Shown here in pieces: positions 1 through 15,100 of a stretch of DNA of 64,000 nt. Below the pieces are notes generated by a model. That model was not told the DNA's origin. It ran no database searches and was given only the letters and a program-made list of their open reading frames with translations. Positions within the stretch are counted from its first letter, which is position 1. Every line of letters starts with the position of its first letter. The translations under genes were made by a program, and so were the position numbers. Location: NCBI GenBank assembly GCA_002269645.1, contig NIVC01002158.1, forward strand, positions 134,101-198,100. The letters run 5' to 3'. The DNA is from Macrostomum lignano (lineage: Eukaryota).

Positions 1-117
1 GACTGCTGAATGGGCAGAGTAATGCCTCTTGCCGGTTGTGACATGGTCGCTAAACGTAAAACTCCATTAAGCTTCAACTGTGGTTTAAACATATATTTAT
101 TAATTTGAATCATGCAG

Positions 118-3100
118 AGACGGCGACAAACTCGCACCGGCTGTTGAGAAGAAGATTGCGGACTTGGAGATCAACCTGCTTCACCTGCAGCAGAATATTG
201 ACATACCTGAGATCACCCTCACTCCGCATCCGATTGTTGCCGCAATCATTAAAAAGTGCAACGAAGAAGGCCGCCGGCCCAAGGTGACGGATTTTGAAGA
301 TAAAATTGAGGACTCGCAGTTTCTTAACGCGTTGCAATCTGGCGTTACCAGGTGGATTAAAGAGATACAGAAGGTGAGAGTAGTGTCTGATCGACTATAT
401 GATTTATTGGGTTACTGAATTTGAACATTGTATGTCATTAAGCGGGGGCGTCTCCATGAGTTTTATGGTGGGGAGGGGACAGAGCCAAGGAGTTTGCACA
501 TTTTTTACATTTTTTGAGAATTGGTATTGTTAGCACTCATTTTAGCGCCGCAGGGACTCATTTTGGCTGTGCAGCCACTCATTCTAGCTCCGCAGGCACT
601 CATTCTAGCTCCGCAGGCACTAATTCTAGCTCCACAGGCACTCATTTTAGCGCCGCAGGCACTCATTCTAGCTCCGCAGGCACTAATTCTAGCTCCGCAG
701 GCACTAATTCTAGCTCCGCAGGCACTCATTTTAGCGCCGCAGGCACTCATTCTAGCTCCGCAGGCACTAATTCTAGCTCCGCAGGCACTAATTTTAGCGC
801 CGCAGGCACTCATTTTAGCTCCGCAGGCACTAATTTTAGCGCCGCAGGCACTCATTTTAGCTCCGCAGGCACTAATTCTAGCTCCGCAGGCACTCATTTT
901 AGCGCCGCAGGCACTCATTCTAGCTCCGCAGGCACTAATTCTAGCTCCGCAGGCACTAATTCTAGCTCCGCAGGCACTCATTTTAGCGCCGCAGGCACTC
1001 ATTCTAGCTCCGCAGGCACTAATTCTAGCTCCGCAGGCACTAATTTTAGCGCCGCAGGCACTCATTTTAGCTCCGCAGGCACTAATTTTAGCGCCGCAGG
1101 CACTCATTTTAGCTCCGCAGGCACTCATTTTAGCTCCGCAGGCACTCATTTTAGCTCCGCAGGCACTCATTTTAGCTCCGCAGGCACTCATTCTAGCGCC
1201 GCAGGCACTCATTCTAGCGCCGCAGGCACTCATTTTAGCGCCGCAGGCACTCATTTTAGCGCCACAGGCACTCATTCTAGCGCCACAGGCACTCATTCTA
1301 GCGCCGCAGGCACTCATTCTAGCTCCGCAGGCACTCATTTTAGCGCCGCAGGCACTCATTCTAGCTCCGCAGGCACTCATTTTAGCGCCGCAGGCACTCA
1401 TTCTAGCGCCGCAGGCACTCATTCTAGCTCCGCAGGCACTCATTTTAGCGCCGCAGGCACTCATTCTAGCTCCGCAGGCACTCATTTTAGCGCCGCAGGC
1501 ACTCATTCTAGCTCCGCAGGCACTCATTTTAGCGCCGCAGGCACTCATTCTAGCTCCGCAGGCACTCATTTTAGCGCCGCAGGCACTCATTTTAGCGCCG
1601 CAGGCACTCATTCTAGCGCCGCAGGCACTCATTCTAGCGCCGCAGGCACTCATTCTAGCTCCGCAGGCACTCATTCTAGCGCCGCAGGCACTCATTTTAG
1701 CGCCACAGGCACTCATTTTAGCGCCGCAGGCACTCATTTTAGCGCCGCAGGCACTTATTTTAGCTCCGCAGGCACTCATTTTAGCGCCGCAGGCACTCAT
1801 TTTAGCGCCGCAGGTGCTATATTTTAGCGCCCTGAAACAAAATTATTTATTTCAACTACGAGTCACATGGTAGGGTGGGAGGGAGACTTAGCATTGTCAT
1901 GCCTCCTCCCATTGCTTTTTAGCGACGCCCCTGCTACTTAATTTCTATTTTTGTCTTTCGTAATTTGTATCTTATGTACAGTATCAAATATTTCTTTATC
2001 AATTGTCAAAAATTGAGTAATCTATAACTCCAGTTTAAGGTATGAGGTTCATGCAAAATAATTTGCTCTGGTACTGTTAGCTCTGACTTTTGCCATTCAA
2101 TAGTGTAGTCATGCCAATGCAATATTTGCATTGATCTCCGCTCAACCCCCACTTAGTCCTGTAGCTTAGTCCACGCAAATCCCCGTGCGCGCAGGTGTTT
2201 AAAGTTTTCTGCCACTCAGGTCCTCGGGTAGCCCCTTACCCTTACCCTGGATTTCTGAGTAGAAAGGAAATCGAAACAGAAAGAAAAACGATTGCAGACG
2301 GCACCCAATATCGATTATTAACTACAGCTAGGCTGAGCAAAGCTGTGCACAGGGCATATTGTGTGCTGCAAGCGGAATGGCGCCATGTAATACTTTAGCG
2401 TCCCAAGTGCGCGTCTGCAGTCTGCTAACTGTGTACTTTTATGCATATGCAGTCACTTGTAATACTACGTGCTATATTTTTATATGGTACATATTTTGTT
2501 CGTTGTTTTAAGCATTTGTATCTGATATGATTACCAAATATGAACTATGAAAACTATGAAAAATAACATGGAAATCAACATACAAAGAAACCAGGATTGC
2601 CCCTAACTGTACAAAACTGTACAAAAGTTAAAATTTCTTGAAATTTTGGTCATTCAGAATTTTTTCAAACTTCAGCAAAGTTGAATATATTTTTGTGTTT
2701 TGTGTTTTTTCTGTGTTTTTTCTGTATGAGTTCAAAATTACGCCCACATACTTGTATTTTCAACTCATACAAAAGCAATGCTTCTATAAAAAATAGTTTT
2801 TCTACCTAGATATGCGTCTATCCTACTTTTAGTAAGCATTCTAGTTTTTTACGTTTTTTGTTAAATTTGCATTCAAATCTTATTAGTTATATTTTAAATC
2901 AATCGATCTATCATCAACAGGTGACCAAGCTGGACCGCGACCCAGCCTCCGGCAATGCCCTGCAGGAGATCAGCTTCTGGCTCAATCTGGAGCGTGCCCT
3001 ATTTAAAATCCAAGAGAAACGGGAGAGCATCGAGGTGACGCTCACGCTTGACATTCTCAAGCATGCCAAGCGATTCCATGCCACCGTGTCGTTTGACTCC

Positions 3101-6100
3101 GACACCGGCCTGAAGTCGGCTCTGGGCGTTGTCAACGATTACAATCCGCTGATGAAGGATTTCCCGTTAAATGAGCTGCTGTCAGCTACTGAACTGGACA
3201 AGATCAAGCAGGCTGTGGTTGCCATCTTTGGCCACCTGAAGAAGATCCGATCAACCAAGTATCCGATACAGCGCGCTCTCCGTCTCATCGAAGCCATCTC
3301 GCGCGATCTGAGCAACCAGCTGCTCAAAGTGCTCGGCACGCGACGTCTGATGCACATTCAACATGACGAATTCGAAGAGATCATGACCGCCTGCTTCGAC
3401 GTGTTCACGTCTTGGGATGACGAATACGACAAGCTGCAAGGCCTGCTGCGAGATTTGGTTAAGAAGAAGCGCGAAGAGATGATGAAGACTGTGTGGCGTA
3501 TTAATCCTGCGCATAAGCGGCTGCAGACTAGGTTGGATCAGATGCGCAAGTTCCGGCATCAGCATGAACAGCTGAGACAGGTGTGTTTGATTATATATCT
3601 TATGATGCTTTATTTAGGCAATGACTCATATCTCATTGAGTAAGGTTACTGTGACAAGAATTGCTAAAGAGTCATTGCACACCAAGCACTACCGACTCTG
3701 GGGCGACTGTGGAGTCACGACAGCATCACGTGAGCTGTGGAGTCATAAAAGAATTGCGAAAAAGGTGGCACAAGAGTTAGCGCTTAACTTTCTACTAACT
3801 CAAGTAGACCAAATAAACAAATCGGTTAGCAACTCGGTGATTCTTCAGCGACTCTAGCGGGCCTTATCAGATACTCGTACAACTATACGGCCCCAGGGTC
3901 ATTATAGAAGCACCCCTGCTAGAGTAGTTTCACAGTCGCAGACAATACACATGTTCCAAATTGACAACTAGGTAACTGTTACAGGCGATTTGTAACCTGA
4001 CATCTCGTTTTATTGGGTAGACTAGAGTCATTTTCTATACTTAGCCTGTGATACTTGCAACGACTCCAGGGCGACACCTTCTTGGTCTAGGTACCGTTTT
4101 TTTAATTAGAGCTGTTCACCGATATTACAGAGATTTGGAGACGCGCCTTAAAGTGACAGTCGACCTCGACCAAAAAATTCTTCGAATTTGTCTATCTCTG
4201 TGCAATTCTAATAACTTTAGGCTAATTTCTGTGAAATACTAACTATTTTCACTACCCCCAACCTCTAGGTTATCGTTCGCGTGCTTCGCCCGCGCGGCCC
4301 ATCGAAACTCGAAGCGGCCGCCGCTGCCGCTGGTGCCGGAGCCGAAGATGCCGGAGGCGACGCGAGCCCCGTGCAAGACGGCGCCATTCCCGAGACGGCC
4401 GATTCCAACGCATTCGAAGAGGTCAATCTAGCCTACGAGATTGTGAAAGAGGTCGACTGCTTGGACGTGTCCAAGGAGGGCACGACGCTGTGGGACGCGG
4501 CGATCAGGCGATACGAGGAGCGCATCGATCGGGTTGAGGCTCGAATCACCACCCGACTGCGCGATCTGCTCGGCACGGCCAAGAATGCCAACGAGATGTT
4601 CCGCATCTTCAGCCGATTCAACGCCCTGCTGGTGCGGCCGCACATTCGCGGCGCTATTCGCGAGTACCAGACCCAGCTGATTCAGCGCGTGAAAGACGAT
4701 ATTGAGAAATTGCACACCAAATTCAAGGAGCAGTACTCGGACACCACCGCCTGTAAGATGAGCAGGGTTAGAGACATCCCGCCTGTTGCCGGCTCCATCA
4801 TCTGGGCTAGGCAGATTGAGCGCCAGTTGAATGCCTACTTGAAACGGGTTGAAGATGTGCTTGGCAAAGGCTGGGAGCATCATCTTGAAGGCCAGCAGTT
4901 GAAGAATGAAGGCGACAGTTTCAAAGCTAAGCTGAACACCACTGAGCTATTTGAGCAGTGGTCGCAGAACATCAACCAAAAGCAGCTGTCCATGACTGGC
5001 AAGATCTTCAGCGTTGAAAGCGTCAAGAAGCAGGCCGGTGGCGGCGGCACTCTGTATCGTCTGAGGGTGAACTTCCAGCCAGAGGTAATCACGCTGTCTA
5101 AGGAGGCCAGGAACATGCGCTGGCTCGGATTCCGAGTGCCGCTTGGCATTGTGAACAAGGCGCATCAGGCTAACCAGCTCTATCCTTATGCCGTCTCCCT
5201 GTGCGAGTCCGTCAAGTCCTACCAGAGCACCTGCGCTCGAATCGACTCCGAGCACGGCCAGGACGTCAATCTGCTGTGCGCCGGTCTCAGGCGTGAAGTC
5301 CAGTTGATCATCATGGAAGGCGCCACATTGGTGTGGGAGTCCTACCGACTCGATCCATTCGTTCACAAACTGGCCGATTCCGTTAACAATTACCAGGAGA
5401 AAACTGACGATCTGTTGGCCATTACTCGCCAGATTGATGCTGAGATGGTTTCCCTAGACACTTGTGGCTTCTCCAAGCAGAACTTTACTGAAGTGATCAA
5501 TAAGATTCAGAAGCAGATCGACGCTCTGAGTCTGCACGAATATGCCAATTTGTCGCTGTGGGTATCCAAGCTGGACAAAGCTGTTGAGACCAAGTTAGCC
5601 GTTCGGCTGGAGTCCGCGCTAAAGGCCTGGATTAGGATTCTGAAGGGCAACGTGAATCCAGAAGATGACGAAGTGGACGCTACAGTTGGCAAGCCTCAGA
5701 TTAAGAAAATTGTGCACGAATTGCGCATCACTAATCAGCAGATGCACCTGCACCCGAGTCTGGAAGCTGCTCAGCAGGAGCTCATGCATCAGCTGACACT
5801 GTGGCAAGAGAACGTGTCCAGCTTGCCTCGCCTGAGCCACCAGCGCTACCAGGTCGGCCCAGCCCAGGTTGTACAGCAGGAACGCGATCGGACCTACGCC
5901 TCGGTGTTCAGCCGCCTGTCCAATGCCGGCGAAGTGCTTGAGACTGCTCACGCTGAGATACAGAAAATTGTCCAAGAGGCCGAGGTGTACGTCACTACGT
6001 GGACTCGTTACCAGGCTCTCTGGGATCTGCAGCCGGATCAGGTGTATCCTAAACTGGGCAACAATCCTGGCGTTTGGATGAACGTGCTCGACGAGATCAA

Positions 6101-9100
6101 AGCCATGCGCAAGACTTTCGACGTTGCGGAGACGCAGAAAGAATTCGGACCGTTAGTGATCCTATTCGGCAAGGTGCAGGGCAAGGTGTCCATGAAATAC
6201 GACACCTGGCACAAGGATGTGCTGGGTAAGTTCGGTAACCTGATGGCTACTCAGATGAACACGCTGTTTAGCGACATCTCCAAGGCGCGCAACAATCTGG
6301 AGCAGCAGCCTGGCGCCTCGCCCGGCGCCAGCACCCAGGACGCTGTGGCGCTGATCACCTATTCGCAGAGTCTCAAGCGCAAAATGAAAACCTGGGAGAA
6401 GACGGTAGAGCAGTGCCAGGCTGGGCAAGCTCTGCTATTCCGCGATCGATTCCAGTTCCCGTCTGGCTGGCTTGACAGCGACCAGGTCACTGGCGAGTGG
6501 TCCGCGCTCACCGACATTCTCAACCGCAAGACTCAGGCCATATCTGGCCAGGTGGCTTCTCTTCAGGTCAAGATTGTAGCCGAGGACCGGCTTATTGAAG
6601 CTAAGACTTCGGACCTGCTTGCTGAATGGGAAAAGCAGAAGCCTGTGGAAGGCGACTGCAAGCCGGATGAAGCGTTGCAGACTCTCGCTATTCTGGAAGG
6701 CAAGCTAGGCCGACTGCAGGAGGAACGCCGCAACGTCCAGACAGCCAAGGAGGCGCTCGAACTGTCCGAGGGAGGCCCGCCGCCAAGCGAAGAGCGCGTG
6801 AAAGTGGCCACAGAGGAGCTGGCCGATCTCAAGGCCGTGTGGACCTCGCTGGGCAGTGTGCACGATGATTTGAGCGGCCTGCGCGACTCGCCATGGCAGA
6901 CTGTGCAGCCAAGGAAGCTGCGCCAGGACTTGGACGCTCTGGGCGCCCGGCTGAAGGAGCTGCCGGCCAGATTCCGCCAATACGCCGCCTACACTCACTT
7001 GAAAGGTCGCCTTAGCAGTCTAACCAAGGCTAACATGCTGGTTACCGAGCTCAAATCTGAGGCTTTGAAGGAGCGTCATTGGAAAACTCTGCAGAAGCAG
7101 CTTGGCGTCTCTTGGAACATGAATGACCTGTCACTCGGCCAGCTGTGGGATCTTGACCTGCAGAGGAATGAGACTGTCATTCGCGATGTACTAGCCGTTG
7201 CTCAGGGCGAGAAGGCCCTCGAAGAATTCCTGCGCCAGGTAACCGAACTTTGGAAAGGCTACGAGCTCGAGCTGGTCAGCTTCCAGAACAAGTGCCGCCT
7301 CATCCGCGGCTGGGACGATCTGTTCAGCAAGGTCAAGGAGCACATGGCCAGTCTGAACGCTATGAAACTGTCGCCATACTTTAAACAGTTCGAAGAGGAA
7401 GCCCTAGCCTGGGAGGACCGATTGAACCGCATCAACGCTCTGTTCGACTGCTGGATCGATGTGCAGCGCCGCTGGGTGTACCTGGAGGGCATCTTCTCCG
7501 GCTCTGCCGATATCAAAACTCTGCTACCAGTTGAGTCGCAGCGCTTCGCCAGCGTCAGCTCAGAATTCTTAGGCCTAATGAAGAAGGTTGCCAAGTCGCC
7601 ATTGATTATGGATGTGCTCAACATACCGAATGCTCAGAAGCAGCTGGAGAGACTGGCCGATCTGCTGGCTAAAATCCAGAAATCCCTTGGCGAATACCTT
7701 GAGCGCCAGCGAGCCTCATTTGCCAGATTTTACTTCGTTGGCGACGAAGACCTGCTGGAGATTATCGGCAACAGCAAGAATGTCCACCGGCTGCAGAAGC
7801 ACTTCAAGAAGATGTTTGCCGGAGTGCACACGCTCAAGCTTGACGAGGAAGCCACCACAGTGTTTGGCTTGTGCTCCAAAGAGGGCGAAGAGGTGCCGTT
7901 TGTAACGCCGGTCTCAATCAAGGATAATCCACGGATTAACGATTGGCTAACAATGGTTGAGAAGGAGATGCGCGTAACCCTAGCTAAGCTGCTGGCTAAA
8001 GCCACTCTCGGACTCAAAGATGTAACCGCTAGTTCAGAGAATCGCGATGAAAAGTTCATGGAGTGGGCGGACACTTATCAGGCTCAGCTGGTGATCCTGG
8101 CTGCTCAGGTCATTTGGTCCGAGAGTGTCGAGGCTGCTCTTGCATCCATTGACAAGGCTGGCGGCAAAGGGGACCCAGATATGGCGCCGCTTGAGGATGT
8201 GCTCAAGTCTGTTGAAGGCACTCTCAATCTGCTAGCCGACTCCGTGCTCAAGGAGCAACCGCCTGTGCGTAGAAAGAAACTGGAACAGCTTATTATTGAG
8301 TACGTTCACCAGAGAGACGTCACCCGTCAGCTCATTACCGACAAGATTGGCTCCAACAAGTCGTTCGAATGGCTGGCCCAGATGCGATTCTACTTCGATC
8401 CTAAGCAGACTGATCCGCTCAAGCAGCTGATTATTCGCATTGCCAATGCCAGCTTCAACTACGGCTTCGAGTATCTGGGCGTGGCCGAGCGCCTGGTGCA
8501 GACGCCGCTCACCGATCGTTGCTACCTCACCATGACGCAGGCGCTCGAAGGCCGTCTCGGCGGCTCGCCATTCGGTCCTGCCGGCACAGGAAAGACGGAA
8601 TCGGTCAAGGCGCTGGGCAATCAGCTGGGCCGTTTCGTGTTGGTCTTCAACTGCGATGAAACCTTCGACTTCCAGGCTATGGGCCGCATCTTTGTCGGCC
8701 TGTGCCAGGTGGGCGCCTGGGGCTGCTTCGACGAGTTCAACCGGCTGGAGGAGCGCATGCTGTCGGCCGTGTCCCAGCAGATCCAGGGCATCCAGATGGC
8801 GCTGCGCGAATACCTTACAGGTGATAGCAGTGTGAAGCCTAAAGCTGAGCTCCTTGGCCGCGAAGTTCTGGTGCACCAGGACATGGCCGTGTTCATCACC
8901 ATGAATCCCGGCTACGCTGGCCGGTCGAATCTGCCGGACAATCTGAAGAAGCTGTTCCGCTCCCTGGCCATGACTCAGCCTGATAGGCAGCTCATTGCTC
9001 AGGTCATGCTGTACTCACAAGGCTTCCGCACCGCAGAGAAGCTGGCCGCCAAGGTGGTGCCATTTTTCAAACTGTGCGCCGAGCAGCTCTCCGCCCAGAG

Positions 9101-12100
9101 TCACTACGACTTCGGTCTGCGCGCATTAAAGAGCGTGCTCACTAGCGCTGGCAATGTGAAGCGCGACCGAATCCAGCAGATCAAAGCCTCCGCAGGCGAC
9201 GATTATAACGAAGCGGATGTGGCCTCGCGACTGCCCGAACAGGAGATTCTTATCCAATCGCTGATGGAGACAATGGTGCCCAAGCTGGTTGCCGAGGACA
9301 TTCCCCTGCTGTTCTCCTTGCTATCTGACGTGTTCCCTGGCATCGAGTACGTGCCAGCCGAGATGTCCGCTCTGCGTGCCGAAATTCGCAAGGTGTGCGA
9401 AGAGATGCACCTGGTCTACGGCGAGTCCGGGGACGAAGGCGAACGCTGGGTAGAGAAAGTGCTGCAGGTGTACCAGATCACCAATATCCAGCACGGCCTG
9501 ATGCTGGTTGGCCCCAGCGGCTCCGGCAAGACCATGGCCTGGCGAGTGCTGCTCAAAGCGCTCGAACGTCTGGAAGGCATCGAAGGCGTTGCTCACGTCA
9601 TCGATCCGAAATCCATCAGCAAGGACAACCTGTACGGCTTCATGGACCCCAACACGCGCGAATGGTTCGACGGTATCTTCACCCACACTCTCCGCAAGAT
9701 TGTTGACAGCCTTCGCGGCGAGGCCGGCAAGCGTCAGTGGATCATCTTCGACGGCGATGTGGATCCCGAATGGGTGGAGAATCTCAACTCGGTGCTGGAC
9801 GACAACAAGCTGCTCACCCTGCCCAATGGTGAGCGTCTGGGCATTCCACCGAATGTTCGAATCATGTTCGAAGTACAGGACCTGAAGTACGCCACCCTGG
9901 CCACCGTGTCCCGCTGTGGCATGGTCTGGTTCTCCGACGAAGTGCTCACCACCACCATGGTGATGCACAACTACCTGAGCTCGCTGCGCAATGTCCCGGT
10001 TGACGAGTCCGACGAAGGCTCCGTGCTGGACGTGCAGCGAAAGCTGGCGGCCGTCTGGGAGGCGCAGCTGCAGTCGGACGGCATCGTGATCCGCTGCCTT
10101 GACGAGGCCGCCAAGCTGGACCACATCATGGACTTCAGCCGGATGCGCGCCCTGGCCTCTCTGTTCTCCATGCTCAACCAGAGCGCCAGGAATGTCATCG
10201 CTTACAATGCCTCGCATCCGGACTTCCCCATGTCTGACGAGCAGATCGAGCTGTACGCCAGCAAGACTATCGTTGTGTCAGTGCTGTGGGCCATGTCCGG
10301 CGATGGCAAGCTGAAAATCCGCGAACAGCTTGGCGAATTCATTCGCGGAGTGAGCACCATCCCGCTGCCGCCCGGCAACTCGCCAATTATCGACTATGAG
10401 GTCACCATCCAGGGCGAATGGGCGCCTTGGGGTAACAAGGTGCCGCAGATGGAGGTTGAATCGCACAAGATCACGGCTACTGATGTGGTCATACCGACTC
10501 TGGACACTGTTAGACACGAGTGCCTGCTGAGCGGCTGGCTGGCCGAGCACCGGCCTGTGTTGCTGTGCGGCCCGCCCGGCTCCGGCAAGACCATGACCCT
10601 GTTCGCCGCTCTGCGCTCTCTGCCCGACATGGAAGTTGTCGGTCTGAACTTCTCCAGCGCTACCACGCCAGAGCTGCTGTTGAAATCGTTCGATCAGTAC
10701 TGCGAGTACAAGAAGACGCCCAACGGTTTGGTGCTGGCTCCGCAGCAGCTCAACAAATGGCTCGTGTTCTTCTGCGACGAGATCAACCTGCCTGACGAGG
10801 ACTCATACGGTACTCAACGCGTCATTTCTTTCATCCGCCAGATGGTTGAGCACGGCGGCTTTCATCGGTGCACTCCCGGCGATCTGCAGTGGGTGACGCT
10901 CGAACGGGTGCAGTTTGTCGGCGCCTGCAACCCGCCAACCGACCCGGGCCGCAAGCCGCTGTCAGCTCGGTTCATGCGCCACGTGCCGCTAGTCTACGTT
11001 GACTATCCCGGACGCACTTCGCTGACTCAGATCTACGGCTCATTCAACCGGGCCATGCTGCGCCAGCTGCCTCCGCTGCGCCCCTACGCCGATCCCATCA
11101 CCAACGCCATGGTTGACTTCTTCCTGATGTCGCAGGAGCAATTCACAGTGGACCAGCAGCCGCACTATGTGTACAGTCCGCGCGAGATGACTCGCTGGGT
11201 GCGCGGAATTCACGAGGCCCTGACTCAGGTGGACTCGCTACCAATTGAAGGCCTGGTTAGAATCTGGGCGCACGAGGCATTGCGACTGTTCCAAGATCGT
11301 CTGGTGGAAGATGGCGAAAGGAAATGGACCGATGACACTATTGACCAGGTGGGCTTGCGTGCTGGAGTATGATTGAGTCTGTGAAACATTGCGTTTAGGT
11401 GATGGCAGTCTAGTTACTTTAGAGTATGTTGTCACATTATCTTGGTCGCTTTTGATTCGTGATTGTTATGTGATAGTTGCTTTAGATAGTCACATGATAG
11501 AATCACTTTAGATGGTCACGTGATAGGGTCACTTTTGGATAGTCACGTGACAGTTACTTTAAATGGTCACGAGATAGGCACTTTAGATAGTCACGTGATA
11601 GCCACTTTAGATGGTCACGTGATATGCTTTAAATGGTCACGTGATAGGGTCACTTTTGGATAGTCACATGACAGTTACTTTAAATGGTCACGAGATAGGC
11701 ACTTTAGATAGTCACGTGATAGCCACTTTAGATGGTCACGTGATAGCCACTTTAGATGGTCACGTGATAGGCTTTAAATGGTCACGTGATAGGGTCACTT
11801 TTGGATAGTCACGTGACAGTTACTTTAAATGGTCACGAGATAGGCACTTTAGATAGTCACGTGATAGCCACTTTAGATGGTCACGTGATAGCCACTTTAG
11901 ATGGTCACGTGATAGGCTTTAAATGGTCACGTGATAGGGTCACTTTTGGATAGTCACGTGACAGTTACTTTAAATGGTCACGAGATAGGCACTTTAGATA
12001 GTCACTTGATAGGCAGTTTAGATGGTCACGTGATAGGCACTCTAGATGGTCACGTGATATGCACTGTAAGTTGCCCTTAATGATCGCATCAATGGCCAGA

Positions 12101-15100
12101 ATTTCGAATGTAAATGTCTTTTCAAACCCCCCCCCCCCCAGGTGGCCGACAAGCACTTCCCGGGCATCAACAAGCAAGAGGCCCTCCGCCGTCCAATCCT
12201 ATTCAGCAATTGGCTCACCAAAGAGTACGGACCCGTTGAACGGGAGCCTCTGCGCGACTATGTCCGCGCCAGACTGAAGGTCTTCTACGAGGAGGAGCTC
12301 GACGTGCCGCTGGTGCTGTTCAACCAGGTGCTTGAGCACGTGCTGCGCATTGACCGGGTATTCCGCCAGCCGCAGGGTCACCTGCTGCTGATTGGAGTTA
12401 GCGGTGCTGGCAAGACCACCCTGTCCCGCTTTGTCAGCTGGATTAACGGGCTGTCCGTGTTCCAGGTGAGAGGTCTGCTCACTGCTGTGGGGGAATTTCT
12501 CTAGTGTTGATAAATAGGGGAATTACTATGTAGTGCTGATGGATCGGGGAATTACTATATAGTGCTGATGGATCGGGGAATTACTATATAGTGCTGATGG
12601 ATCAGGGAATTACTATATTGTGCTGATGGATCAGGGAATTACTATATAGTGCTGATGGATCAGGGAATTACTATATAGTGCTGATGGATCAGGGAATTAC
12701 TATATTGTGCTGATGGATCAGGGAATTACTATATAGTGCTGATGGATCAGGGAATTACTATATAGTGCTGATGGATCAGGGAATTACTATATAGTGCTGA
12801 TGGATGGGGGAATTACTATATTGCTTATACTAAGGGGATTCCCTATGGGCTATGGTGCTAATTAACGAGAGGAATTACTATAGTGATGATAATCCTATAA
12901 AATACTTCACCTGTCAATCCCCAGGTGAAAGTGCACAACAAATACACCGGCGAAGATTTCGACGAAGATCTGCGCTCAGTGCTGCGCCGTACCGGCTGCA
13001 AAGGCGAGAAAGTCACCTTCATCATGGACGAGTCCAATGTGAAGGACAGCAGCTTCTTGGAGCGGATGAACACCTTGCTGGCTAATGGCGAGGTGCCCGG
13101 TCTGTTCGAAGGTGACGAGTTCCAGACGCTCATGACTCAGTGCAAAGAGGGCGCCGCCCGCGACGGCCTGATGCTGGACTCGCACGAGGAGCTGTACCGC
13201 TGGTTCACTCAGCAGATTTGCCGCAATCTGCACGTTGTGTTCACTATGAATCCCAGCTCTGACGGCCTGAAGGACAGGGCGTCCACGTCTCCTGCTCTGT
13301 TCAATCGGTGTGTGCTCAACTGGTTTGGCGACTGGTCGCTTGAGGCCTACTTCCAGGTGATTGATTTTGTCTTGTTCATCACTTCTGTACCAGAATACCT
13401 AGTGATCTAGTGATCCTAGATTATCGTTTGAGTGATCAGATCCCTGTCAGTGACAAGATCCCCATTTCAGTGATCAGATCCCTGTCAGTGACAAGATCCC
13501 CATTTCAGTGATCAGATCCCTGTCAGTGACAAGATCCCCATTTCAGTGATCAGATCCCTGTCAGTGACAAGATCCCCATTTCAGTGATCAGATCCCTGTC
13601 AGTGACAAGATCCCCATTTCAGTGACCAGATCCCTATTTCAGTGTGACCAGATCCCCATTTCAGTGTGACCAGATCCCCATTTCAGTGTGACCAGATCCC
13701 CATTTCAGTGTGACCAGATCCCCATTTCAGTGTGACCAGATCCCCATTTCAGTGTGACCAGATCCCCATTTCAGTGTGACCAGATCCCCATTTCAGTGTG
13801 ACCAGATCCCCATTTCAGTGTGACCAGATCCCCATTTCAGTGTGACCAGATCCCCATTTCAGTGTGACCAGATCCCTAGTTCTAGGGACCATCCCGCTCT
13901 AGTGACCCTTTATTCATAAATCACGCAATGCGTTTCGCTGACCCTCGCACAGGTTGGCAAGGAGTTCACCGAGAGGGTGGACCTGGACAAAGCGGACTAC
14001 TCTGTGCCGGACTACCCGCCGATGGCCCTGGAAGGCCTCCCATCGCGGCCCAACCACCGAGAGATGGTCAACAACGCCTTCGTGTTCGTGCACCAGACCC
14101 TGCACCAGGCCAACCAGCGGGTCGCCAAGCGCGGCGGCAGAGTGGCAGCCATCACGCCGCGGCACTTTTTGGACTTCATTCATCACTACGTGAAGCTGAC
14201 CAATGAGAAGCGGGCCGACCTTGAAGAGCAGCAGCTGCATCTGAACAAGGGTCTGACTAAAATACGCGAGACAGTGGAACAGGTGGAGGTGATGCAGTCG
14301 TCTCTCAGTCAGAAGCGCAGCGAACTGGAGCGAATGAACGAGCAGGCCAATCAGAAGCTGAAACAGATGGTGCAGGATCAACAGGTGGCCGAGGAGAGCA
14401 AGAAGAAGGGCGAGATGCTGCAGAAGAGTCTGGCCGAGAAAGAGATCTTCATCGCTGAGAAGACCAAGGAGGTCACGGCCGAGCTTAGTCAGGTGGAGCC
14501 AGCCGTGTCAGAGGCCAAGCAGGGTGAGTTGCTTTGTTTTAGTTTTTGCTTGCTCAAATATTCGACTGTTTCATATCAGTTATGATTATGAGATCTCTAG
14601 TTCGGAATGTGGGATGTGTGGTTCGGGATGTGGGATGTGCTGTTCGGGACTTGGGATGTGCGGTTTAGGATTGAGGATGTGTTGTTTGGAATTTGGAATA
14701 TGGGGTTTGGGATGTGGGATGTGCAGTTTGGGATGTGGGATGTGCGGTTTTGGATTGAGGATGTGTTGTTTGGAATTTGGAATATGGGGTTTGGGATGTG
14801 GGATGTGCGGTTTTGGATTTGGGATGAGCGGTTTGGGATGTGGGATGTGCAGTTTGGGATTTGGGATGAGCGGTTTGGGATTTGGGATGAGTGGTTTGGG
14901 GTTTGGGATGTGGGATGTGCGGTTTTGGATTTGGGATGAGCGATTTGGGATTTAGAGTGTGCGGTTTTGGATTTGGGATGTGCGCTTTGGGGTTTGGGAT
15001 GTGGGATGTGCAGTTTGGGATTTGGGATATGCGGTTTGGGATGTGGGATGTGCGGTTTGGGATTTAGTATGTGCAGTTTGGGGATGTGGGATGTAATTAG

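Noticed and set aside
505-1873. Three 430-450 aa ORFs of 7-aa repeats
   Set aside because: Stop-free translations of a 21-bp intronic minisatellite on both strands.
3645-4240. Possible solo LTR in a dynein intron
   Set aside because: No partner, clear TG...CA ends or TSD could be established.
4428-11435. Many antisense and alternate-frame ORFs over the large dynein exon
   Set aside because: Expected shadows of GC-rich codon bias.
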